The position numbers and the translations under genes were made by a program. From Azolla caroliniana (lineage: Eukaryota > Plantae > Polypodiophyta), in assembly GCA_043228905.1 (NCBI GenBank), contig JBHGNT010000001.1, forward strand, positions 496,001 to 560,000: DNA of 64,000 nucleotides, read 5' to 3'. The notes beneath the pieces were generated by a model. That model was not told where the DNA came from. It was given only the letters and a program-made list of their open reading frames with translations, and ran no database searches. How positions within the stretch are numbered: position 1 is the stretch's first letter; each line of letters starts with the position of its first letter. Below, one piece after another: positions 42,301 through 53,344 of this stretch.

Positions 42301-43420
42301 TGCAACCGAGACCAGATTCTTCGTTATTGTTGGAACATGCAAGACATTTTTTATGTAGGTCTGATTGCCTCTTCACCGAACAGAACATTGCCGACATGCT
42401 CAATGGGGTGTGTTGTCTCATCCCAAGTTTCAACATATTCGAGTCGATCAGGTTTTCAAAGTTCTTGAAACCAATCTACATGAGACATCATATGATTTGA
42501 CGCACCCGAATCGACAAACCATACATCTTCGGAGCTGGAGGTGCTAGTCGAACATGATTCCGTCATCGCATTCACTTTGTGTCGCATCATGAACATTCCA
42601 ACCCGATCGTCGTATTCAGAGTTTGAGGTGTAGTTGGTGAGTTATTGGCTTGTGGAGGCCGACTCACTCTTCTTTTTCCGACACACTACCTCATAATGAC
42701 CGAAATTACCACAGTATCCACACTAGGTGGACTTGTTTTGTCGGTTGGGGCTAGCATGCTTGTTCCCCCTTCTTCCTAACGCTCCACCTCACGCGTTTGA
42801 AACGTCTTGTCAATAGTAGAAGTTATGTTCTCGAGGTTGCTCTTCTTTGCGTAGGCCTTGGCTGAATCAACCTCTTCTTCCTCAACCGTGTTCTTTTTCT
42901 CCATCAAAGTTCAAATAGAGCATGTATCCTTCTTGCACATCTCTTCTTGTTCGAACATGATTCACCTCGACCAACAAGTTGCAACATCGATTAGAGATCA
43001 AAGGAGGGAGGATTCTCCCTCTCGAGGACTGGCAACCGAACTGCTCCGAACCGAGGTGCTAAGCCTCCGAGGCAAATATGCACCATTTCATCACTGTCAA
43101 TGCTAACATTGATTGACTCGAGGGCATCACACAACTCCTTGATCTTCAAGGTGTTGCTGCCGATTGATATGTCCCTCTGTTGTATACCGTTCAACTTTTG
43201 ACAGAGTTGAAGATTTCTTGTGGTCGTGTTGGCCGTAGAAATCTTCTTGAGGTTCCCCCACGTCTCCTCAAGTGATTTGGCCTCTCGGATGTAGTCGAGC
43301 ATATGATCATGGATGCATGATGCAAGGTAGTACAACACATGACTAGTAGCTTGCTCCGAAGCTGGGTAGTCGACATGTGTTGGGCTGGGTTGCGGTTCTT
43401 GTGCTCCCTCGATATAACTT
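39388..43420 (-). pseudogene. Copia gag-pol pseudogene (gag, CCHC, protease, integrase, RT, RNase H) with stops and frameshifts
   Basis: CGYCGNFGHYEVVC; WFVDSGASNH; LWHKQIDHIN...CQFGKQHR; KLDPKSEKCILVGYS; IIIYVDDL; ARNPVLHARPKHIELHYHFIRE; Copia domain order INT-RT-RH. Confidence 0.92.
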
Positions 43421-43769
43421 CAATAGCCTTGGCGAACAAGGTATTGGTGCATCTTGTACTCCCAAGATGCAAAGTTGTTTCTATCGATTTTTTCGGTGGG
43501 AAGAGTGCTTCCCATCTAAGTATTCATGTTGGTTGATTTATATGGAGCGAGTTTTCATTTTCTTCTTCTCTCGATGTGAACTCTGCAGGTTGTTGCTACA
43601 ACGATCAACCGGTTCTTCATGAACGTGGGCTTGGAAACAACACACGTGGATGGGCTTGGATCAGGCTACCAATCGCTTTGATACCATGTAAACAATCGAG
43701 AATGATTCTAAGCAGCGGAAGCAATATGTGTGTTTACGTGTAGATGAGAGAGAGAGAGAGAGAGAGAGA

Positions 43770-44084
43770 TTATATTATCGTCTTCGGAGGTAAAATATGA
43801 CCTATGAGACCAAAAATATTACATTTCATGTGATACGTGTGAAAGTGAGTAGTGACTATCGATGTTCAAGAACTTTACCAATGAATGTTGCAATCAAGAG
43901 TGCACATTGTGGTTGTGAGAGGAAATCATGCAAGGATTGGGCTCGGTTGAAGAGATATGGAAAGCATGGTCGAATATGATCAAAGGCAGAGCATTGTATC
44001 AAAGTGTGATACTCAGACTCGCAAACTTGTTTATTGCAAAGTGTGCATAGCCGACCACTCTCAACACTTGTGCCCCAACGCCCT

Positions 44085-44086
<2 letters not shown>
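43770..44086 (-). mobile_element. Short 3' fragment of a different non-LTR retrotransposon, flanked by (GA)n/(TC)n
   Basis: Minus frame TGRWGTSVESGRLCTLCNKQVCESEYHTLIQCSAFDHIR is a LINE C-terminal CCHC motif; tracts at 43746-43769 and 44087-44123. Confidence 0.7.
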
Positions 44087-44126
<40 letters not shown>

Positions 44127-44388
44127 CAAAGTTCGGAGATGTTGGAGAAGGGCAAACACTAATTTTGATGTATCTTCTTGCTACGGTGTCCGTTTGCTTT
44201 GTTCTTTAGCTCGTTTTGAAGCCTGCACATAGAGCTTTCTAAAGAGTATCTGCACGTATCATTTGGAGGTCTTGGTAGAACGTTACGAGTAAAAATTCCA
44301 TTCGACTGCATGCATCTCATGATCGCTTGCTTTGATTCCTTCTCCAACACAAATACTTGTAAGTGAACTCTCTCCTATTTCTTGTCAT

Positions 44389-45744
44389 ATGGATGGTAGT
44401 GTTTTCATGAATATGGATGAGTCTCCAAATTCTTCAAAGGATGCGTGCATGGTTAAGTCAATATCAAGCCTAAGAGGGGATGGTAAAAGAAAACGATGTA
44501 TTGGAGATAATAGTAATGACATGTCTTATGCTGATGCAATGCGACAAGATGATATTGAGAAAGATGATAGTCATTGGGAACATTTAAGATGCATGGAAAA
44601 TATATTAATGGAAGATTGTATAAGGGAGAATGTGAAAGTTGTTGAGGAGTTTGTTGACGATGAAGTGGCTAAGGTAGAAATAGACAATAAGGAGTTTTTG
44701 GGCTCATTTGCTAATTTTTGTGATAAAGGGGTCATATTGTTTTTCACGGGAAAGATACATTTCCTTTGGAGGGTCAAACAATGGTTACGTGGGATTTTAC
44801 AAGCTGATTGTGTTCAGGATGTTTATGCTGGTCCTCGTGGATTTTATGAGGTTGTTTTGGTATCACAAGAGTATAAAGAGAAATTACTCAATAAATTGCC
44901 AGTTTTTTATGAGAAAAGTTTGGTTCATATTGTTCCGTGGAGACCATTAGTGGAATATCAAGATATATTAAAGCAAGAGTGTCTCGTATGGGTTGAGGTA
45001 GAGTGCACATATTCAGTGGTTTGGCCAATATTATGGTCAGCGATGGAAAAGTTGGGAAAGATCTTGGTGCCTCATAGTGCTAATGCTCAAAATCGATATC
45101 GGATGTGTATTCTTTGGAATACTGCTATAAAGAGGCCAAGTTGTTTACAGATTGCATGTTCTGGTATGCCACCTATGTATTTTCGGCTTAAATGGGGTAC
45201 ATTTGCAGGACATTGTTTCCATTGTGGTGTGTTGGGGCATTTTATGGCTGAATGTCCTCAAAAAAGAAATAATGTAGTGGAAGTGGTACATGAAGAGCCT
45301 ACAACTCATGATTAGATTCAAGATTTGACAATTTCAGAGCAAACAAAGGAACCACAAATTGTGAATGAGAAGGATGGAAAGACTCTAGAGGATGAAGGAC
45401 AATGGTCAATAGTTTCTGGAAAGATGAAGAAGTCTAATAAAAATGTTGGGCATAATGTATCTATGGAGAAGGTCACACCGACACATCCCATGCGGAATAA
45501 ACCATGGGCTCGTCAAGAGGACTATCCAAAGAAATTATCTTTTGATAATAAAGGTAATTTGTATGTTCCTTGGAATAAACGGAAATCGGTGCCTCATTCA
45601 CATGAGGAGCCATCGGGGTCTGGAGTTTTGCATTCCCATAGTAATTCATATGCAATCTTAGGGGATTTATTTCAGGATATGGCAGAAACATTAGCAGTGA
45701 AGGAGAAGGAGATTTCTCGAATAAAAGGAAAAAATAAACTATGA
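44389..45744 (+). pseudogene. LINE ORF1 (RRM/DUF4283-like plus zinc knuckle) with one in-frame stop at 45313-45315
   Basis: GPRGFYEV, VHIVPWRP, VWVEV, CFHCGVLGHFMAEC; ORFs 44332-45315 and 45325-45744 share one frame. Confidence 0.85.
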
Positions 45745-48700
45745 AGATCACCACATGGAATGTGAGGGGATTGTGTTCTAGATTTAGAATGCATGAGGTT
45801 TGGAGGATTGTGTTAAGTGAGCAATGGGATGTTTTATGTGCAGTAGAACATAAAGATCATCGGAATGCTGGTTTAATTAGTTATTCTAAGGGTTATACAT
45901 TATGTTATGCTGGCAAGGTTCATGGGGATTATTCTGGGATTGTCATGTTTATAAGAGATAAATTTCACCCAAAAGTAATTGTTTCAGATGAATTTGGAAG
46001 ATTTATTGTGGTAGAGATATGTTATTAAGGGCAAGCTATTTGGTTAGTTGGTGTGTATGCATCAAATGTTTCACAAGAACGAAAGTTGTTATGGAGATCT
46101 CTAAACTCAATGCTTCATAATGGTAGACCGGGTTTATTGATGGGAGATTTTAATGTTTGTTGTGAGACAGATCAATCAACATCTATCCACTCTATTATGG
46201 ATGGACCAGAGGCTCAAGAATGGGGAGATTTTGAGACTGAAGTCATGTTAAGGGATGTATGGAAATGGATCAAGGGAGATGAACCTGGTTATACCTTTCA
46301 ATCGGCTCAATATAAGGATACTTGGAGTAGGTTGGATCGAATGTATGTAATGCATACCGAAGGTTTTTTACCAGAGATTTTGGATATTTCAGTGTCTTAT
46401 GGGTCAATTATATTAGATCATTTCCCATTAATTTTTGAGTTCAATCACCACTCAATTAGAGGTTTTCATGAGTTTTTAGGAAAACCACCGTTGATTTTTA
46501 ATTCATCATTTTTGGATCATGAGGTCTTCCATGCCTATATGTGTCAATTGATTGATGCATTTGCCTATCACGTTCAATTTGATGGGTATGAAGCGTGGGA
46601 AGTATTTGTTGCAAATGTTCAGAGGTTAACTAGATATTATGGAATTCACCATGCTTTTAAAAGGAGAAACAAATTAAGTCTCCTAGTTAATTTGCTTGAT
46701 AAATGCAACTCATTGTTAACTTATTGGCCAACGGATCTAGAGTTGATGGGATATCAAGAGGTATTAATTTCTACGATGCATGACCTAACGACAAAAAATT
46801 ATCAACATGCTAGACTACATCGTCTAAGACAAGAAGTGGATGATGCTAATTGTCAATCACATAAGTTTTTCCATGACCTTCATGAATCACATGCACGACA
46901 TAATGTGGTAAGGTTAGAGGAAAATGGTATCATGTGTTCCGATCCTCAAGAAATTGTGAAGAAATGCATAGAATATTATACACAATTGTTGGATGTACAA
47001 GTGTGTATCGATGATAATGTTAAAAAGGATAGAGATGTATTTTTTAATGGAGTGAAAAATCATGTATCGCATGATGTGGCACAATCATTAGATGCTAATA
47101 TTTCAGAGGATGAGGTGGAATATGTCATGTCACATCTTGCTAATGATAAGAGTCTTGGGTGGGATGGATTAACACATGAACTCTTTAAGAAATATGTGAT
47201 TAAGTTAAAGGGGCCTTTTACGATTTTATTTCAGAAGGTGTGGACATCAGGGGAAATGCCTCATTCTTGGAAGATTGGTTTGATCAAGCTTTTGCCGAAG
47301 GTGCCTTCTCCATCTTCCTTTGCTCAATGGAGGCCTACTTCATTGATGGGGGGAATGTACAAGATTTTTGCAAAAGTGATGGCCAATAGGTTGCATAAGG
47401 TTTTACCTTCTATTATTCATAATGCTCAATATGGGTTTTTAGCAAAAAGAGACATTTTAAATAATATTTTAAATGTTCAAATGGCAATTGACTATGCAAA
47501 GGAGTCTAAACAAGAATTAGTGTTGCTACAATTGGATATCGCGAAAGCCTATGATAATGTGGATTGGTCATTTATAAATCAATTGATGTCTCATATGGGT
47601 TTTGGTGATCGTATGTCTAAGTTGATATACACATTAGGGGAGGGTTCGGTTTCACATGTGATGTTTAATGGAGGAGTAACCCAACCGATTTCTATTCGGA
47701 GGTCAATTAGACAAGGATGCCCGGTAAGTCCTTTACTATTCACTATTGTGACACATCCTATTCTTGTTAAGTTACACAATATGGCTATGGGGGAAGAATT
47801 GCTTGGACTAAGGTTGCCATCAGGGAAGCCATGTATTGTTCAAGCTGTCGCAGATGACCATATTATGTTTTTGGCACCTAATCGGGAAAATATTAGTAAG
47901 ACAAGAGATGTGTGGGAATTGTTTTCAAATGCTTCGAGGTTGAGAATTAATATACATAAATCTGTCCTCATTTCATGTACAGAACAAGATGTGTTAGGGT
48001 TGGGGTGGTCAGGAAGGATAGTACATCGTGGTATGATTTGTCGTCATCTTGGATATCCAATTGGGGTGGAAGTTTCTCATGTGAAACTTATTGAGTGGGT
48101 ATCCAAAAGGTTGGAGGATAAGTTTATGTATTGGAGGTCTCAATTTTGGCCTTTTCATGTACGACTTAAGGTGGTCCAATCGATTATGGTCTCTATGGTA
48201 TCTTATTATCTTCCTTTGCTCCCATGGTCAAAGAAAGCTCTTGAAATGTTGTCACGCTCGATGCGAATGTTGTTATGGAAAAGAAAAGGGAAAAGTGCCT
48301 TGCCATGGTTGGCATGGGATCATGTTTGTACTCCGAAGCGTCTTGGTGGGGCATCGATATTGAATCTATATGAGCATATGGTGGCTCGTCGATTTACTTT
48401 CATTCGATTCATGTTTGAAGGTGTACAACCTTGGACAGAAATGGTGGCATACTTTATAGAGAAGAACAGAATAAAGCTTGGAAACATGAAGGTTGAAGCG
48501 AATTGGTGGAATGTAATTAATTCTGACAGGGATGTCAAATGTACAGGGTCTATGATAGTTAATCATTTGTTGACATCTTGGCAAAGTATGTTGGATTTTG
48601 TGGAATGGCATCCCCCACAAGAAAGGGGATGTGCCAATTCATTACAAATGGAGGTTTTGGCAACATCAAGGTTATTGAGGTGGGAAGGTAAACAAATTCT

Positions 48701-49592
48701 TAACCTTCAATTTAATCGGATGGCTAGATTGGGTTTGGTAAGAGTTAAGGATGCTATGTTGGTTTCACAAAGAAGATTAATGGCTTTTCGAACAATAAGA
48801 TCAACATTTCATATTCCAAAAGGTTATAACTTTATTTGGGATAAGTTGCAACAAATATTATCTTCGCATGAGCCAATTCCTGATTTAGATGGGAGATCTC
48901 AAGAGCTTGATTGGAGGTTTGTTGGAAATAAGAGATTGACTATGATCTCAACGAATGTTGCTTATCACAAGTTGATTGACAAACATAAGTGGTTGGAAGA
49001 AAGGGTTATAAAGATATGGGGTTTTCATAAGCCCATTACTTGGTGGTTTCATGTGATCAAGGCAGGTTGGTGTTCTCGATTGATGCTACGAGCCAAGGTA
49101 TTTATTTGGAGAGTTATGGTTGGAGCTTTACCATTAGGGGATGCATTAAAAAGAAGAAACATTACTAAAGGATTGTGTTTCTTTTGTTCGGTGGAATTGG
49201 AACATAGTAGGCATCGATTTATTTCATGCCCGATGGCAAGGATGGTTTGGAGGTGTATCTATTTAGTGTGGATGTCTCTAACAGGAGTAAGTCTATCTTC
49301 CTTCAATTGGGTTTTTGCACATATGGAGAACAATGAACCGATGCCTCATTTTCAAATTATTTTTGAGTTCTTGAGGTATTGGGGGCTATGATTCAATTGG
49401 AATATGCGGAATGCCTTCATTTTTTATTCACAAGTTGGGGTGAGAAAATATGTTCTTAAGTTAAAAGGACTTCTTTTGTGGCAATTGGCAGTGCTAGAGA
49501 AGTCACAAAATCTCAACCAAGAAGAGAGAGAACTCTGCAAGGTCACATATCATCATATTCGCCATTTGAATTGGTGTGTAGGGTGGCATTGA
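45741..49592 (+). pseudogene. LINE ORF2 (APE endonuclease, RT, zf-RVT) with in-frame stops at 46026-46028 and 49389-49391
   Basis: TWNVRG, LMGDFN, SRLDRMY, DHFP; LDIAKAYDNV, RQGCPVSPLLF, VADD, HLGYP; CFFC...H....C. The three ORF pieces are in one frame. Confidence 0.93.
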
Positions 49593-49725
49593 GTTTGGTG
49601 TCGTAGTTTTCTTAGATCCCTAGATAGAAGGGGTTCTATAGTTTGTTGTAAGTTAGTTATGGTGGTGTTTTTTCTTTCGTAATGAGAGCCATTATTTACG
49701 GAAAAAGAGAGAGAGAGAGAGAGAG

Positions 49726-50471
49726 GGTCAAACATTGTTGTTACATGTGACTACTAATCTTTTGTATGATTGCTCTGTTGAGTCTCTTGGATGGTTGTTA
49801 TCTAAGGCCGAAGAAGAATGGAGATTACACAAATCTGATCATGGGTGGTGGCAAATCTTACAACGTAGTTGGCATTCTAAATTGCCACTTGTAGCAAAGG
49901 TCTTCATTTGGAGAGTTTTGATTGGAGGATTGCCTTTGGGATTAGCTGTAAAGCGTCGTGGACTAGCAACGAGCAATTGTTTTTTTTGCACTGTTCAAAT
50001 GGAAGATAGTACTCATCGATTTATACAATGCCCGATTGCTTCTCAGATTTGGAGTTATATTTCTCAAATTTGGCAAGTTTTATCACGGTGTTATTTGACA
50101 CCTAAACAATGGGTGTTTGCACAATTTACACAAGTGGACCCAAAGTTAGAGATGGAGATTGTTTTTCTATTATTGAGATATTGGGGATTGCATTATAATT
50201 GGAATATGCGCAACGCTTTTGTATTCGATGGTAGACATAGAGTGAAAGCATATCTACGAAAGTTTAAGGGAGTACTAATGTGGCAATTTTCTTTATTGGA
50301 GCAAGTGGAAATCCTTTCCTTGGTGGAATGTTCGTCTTGCCTATTAGCAATTCAACATGTTCCATTACCCATGTAGTGTAGTGTAGTTAGTGGGTGACCA
50401 TACTTCATGGTCACACCCATTGTAAGTAGTGTTTTTTACACACATTTATTAATATAAGTGTGTGTTTTAAC

Positions 50472-50474
<3 letters not shown>
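49726..50474 (+). mobile_element. 5'-truncated LINE 3' fragment (sister family) inside the Copia 5' LTR, flanked by (GA)n
   Basis: ORF 49735-50376 with KVFIWRVLIGGLPLG...CFFCTVQMEDSTHRFIQCP...WNMRNAF; (GA)n at 49706-49725 and 50475-50507. Confidence 0.9.
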
Positions 50475-50511
<37 letters not shown>

Positions 50512-53344
50512 CTGTAAACTGTATTAACAAGAATAAGATAACCAACCACACAGAGGTGGAGAGAGTTGCTTATGTAGTCACATTCTCACTATACAACCAC
50601 CACTTACTAAAGAGTGGTGGAGACTTAACTACACTAAATAGGTGTCATAAAACTATAAGATTCTATGACACACTAGTTACTATAGTAGGTAGTGGGGTGT
50701 TCACACACTAGGGAAGTTGAGTTTGATTCTCCACAAAGGAGGCATTGGGAGTGCCTACTCTTTATAAAATATCTATGATATTACAAATATTCCCAATATG
50801 CATTAACAAAAGGATTATCCGTTCCTTAAACCAAAAAGACAAGCACCAAGCGTGCCAAAAACTTAGTTATAAACTAAAAAACATTAGTAAAGACGAGTAT
50901 TGAGAACATCTACTAGATTGTGAGCAAACAAAGGTTGCTTATCATAAGGATTCTCCATGATGAGTTTGGTAGGGCAATATTCACTTAAAAAACAACAGGA
51001 AAAACAAACCATAGAGTTGTATAATAACGTAGAAGACAATTATGAGATGAATGACTAAAATAGAGCTTCATCATCACATGAATCCCCTTTAAGCAAGTAT
51101 TATTAGCTTCTCATTGCCCCATGAATGGTGTACCCAAGACACTAGCACAAACCACTCAAGAGAATCGGAATTTGATCATGACTAGGATCCTTCAGAGTTT
51201 ATACATGGGCATCATGTAATAGATTGTCAAACAATATATCCACCCTAATGTTGTATTGGGTAGGATAATTCACAACCACGACAATGTACAATGTGTATTA
51301 ACCCACAATCACAATATTATGCAACCGGTATATCCTTGGACGATAATGGAAGAACAAAAGACAATGATCCATCTAAAAATGTTGTTCTCTTGATGATAAG
51401 ATTACATACAATCAGTTTAGTAGAGTTTAAAGTCGACCAATACATACTACTATTACTCGTATGACAAGAGATAATTTGTTGTGATTAAAAGGTTCAAGAT
51501 TCAGGCCACTTTTGCACAAAATAGAATTTTGTATTTGGCATAGATAGTGTGATTCAGGGTAGGAAATCGTAACTTCCTAGGTATGCCAATGCAAGTATGC
51601 ACTAGAGTGAGGGGTGGTTCTATATAATTGTGACGTGCGTGCATCAAATGAGCTTTTGCAATAGTTCTAATGGGTAGCTAAGCTTTGTAATAGAAGGATG
51701 CACAACAAGCTACGTTTATGCAAAAAACATCATAATCTTGTCTAATGAAATAATATTGTTATTTTTGGCATCGTGTCAATGTATAATTCTATCTCATGAT
51801 TTTTTTACCATTTTCTTTTAAAGGACAATGTTTTCATTTTCAATCCCCATGTTGTGGAAAATGTTTATGCCAATATTACATAACTACATTTTTTGGACGT
51901 GAAATTTGGTCACATGCATGGTTTTGTAAACATTGCCCTTAACGGGCAATATTATCATTTTCATTCCATGTTTTAGAAAAAATATTGACGCCAATGTTAT
52001 CTTAATTTTAGGAGTGAAATGTTAATGTATGCATGACCTCAAACTAAGACTATATTGATGTCAATGTTGGTCAATGTTTATGAGCAAAATGAATATCCAT
52101 TATCTCAAACAAAAACTATATCCATGTTAATGTTAGCCAAGTTTTAGGAGCAAAATATTGATATGCATGATTTCAAACCAAAGCTACAAAGAATTTTCAT
52201 ATTCATAGTCCTAAAACAATGATGAAGAGTATCAGAATGCACAACATTTATTATTACACTATATCATGTTCGTGGAATATAATTTGCAATTCTCTGAGTT
52301 AATGACTAAAAATATATTAAGGAATCATTTATGAGACCTCTAAAGTGTCTATGCATGGGATAAAAGCAATGCTTTTCCATTTTGTAAGGTAGCTTCTTCC
52401 TTTTAACATTTTCTGATATCCTGATTCCTAATGATGAGCATCTCCATAATCTATGATGCATTGTACAAAGCAATCATTTGCATGGAACATTGTGAATACA
52501 CTCAACTATCATGGATAACAAATAGAACATGTTATGTGAGTGTTGCACTTAAAACACGCAGAGTTAAAGGAACACGTTGTCGGGTTTGCTACGCCCTTGC
52601 GTGCAGAAAGGAGGAGGGACCACGGGGGTCTTGGACCGAAGAGCAAGAGAGAGAGGAGTAAGAGAGAGAGACCCGATTACACAGAACCGAAGATCGCATA
52701 GGGACACGGCCCAACAAACAGAGATCACAAATAAACGCCGACGCAGATGGACGCAACAAGAGAAGATATGTACTTATGAATGCAAGAAAATAACAGACTA
52801 AAGTATTACAACCCACGGTGGGGCACGAAATAGATACTAACGAAAACGAACAGGGCGGCGAACAGATGCCGACCCCTGTATGTCGCGACGCACAGAAAGG
52901 GAAAACAGGTCGGAGGTGCTGCAGGACGCGCTCGGGGCGTTCCACGGAACAACGCAAGCCTCCTCGAAACCTGCACAGGTACGCGATGGAGCAGAAGACA
53001 GAGAAGGCAGGGGTGAGAGAGAAGCTCCGAAATCGGTTCGGCAGCACTTCGTCCTCTCCGCGCGAGATACCCCACTTCTAGTCTTCCTCCTCCTTTTATA
53101 GCCCGTCAAGAGGCCGTTTGGCATTAACTGCATACCAACCGAATCTACCCACCTAGGATCCTCGTATGTACCTACTTCGACCTTAGGTACTTCTTGGCGC
53201 GCGTGTGTGTGTAGAGCCGTTTCCCACGCCTTGTTCCTCCGATTCCTCTTGTGGGCGGTTTTCTTCACGACATCCGCCCCCACCTAACCGCGCATCCACC
53301 GGCATGCGCCAAATTAAGTTGGCACGGAGAAAACCGGCCCGCCT

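Larger units (their letters stand above)
44124..49705 (+). mobile_element. Full-length L1-clade LINE inserted in (GA)n
   Basis: 5' UTR, ORF1, ORF2, short 3' UTR ending GAAAAA; bounded by (GA)n at 44087-44123 and 49706-49725. Confidence 0.93.
37066..50735 (-). mobile_element. Decayed Ty1/Copia LTR retrotransposon with nested insertions; 3' LTR 37066-39241, 5' LTR 43687-50735
   Basis: TSD AAGGA at 37061-37065 and 50736-50740. Both LTRs start TGTAAA.AATC..GAATGATTCTA and end GAGTTTGATTCTC.ACA. Met-type PBS (TGGTATCAAAGC, 43686-43675); PPT TTGAAGGGGCG next to 39241. Confidence 0.92.

Noticed and set aside
45313-49391. In-frame stops in LINE ORF1/ORF2 as programmed readthrough
   Set aside because: Three different stop codons with no shared context; related copies in the window have sense codons at the two ORF2 positions, so decay is simpler.
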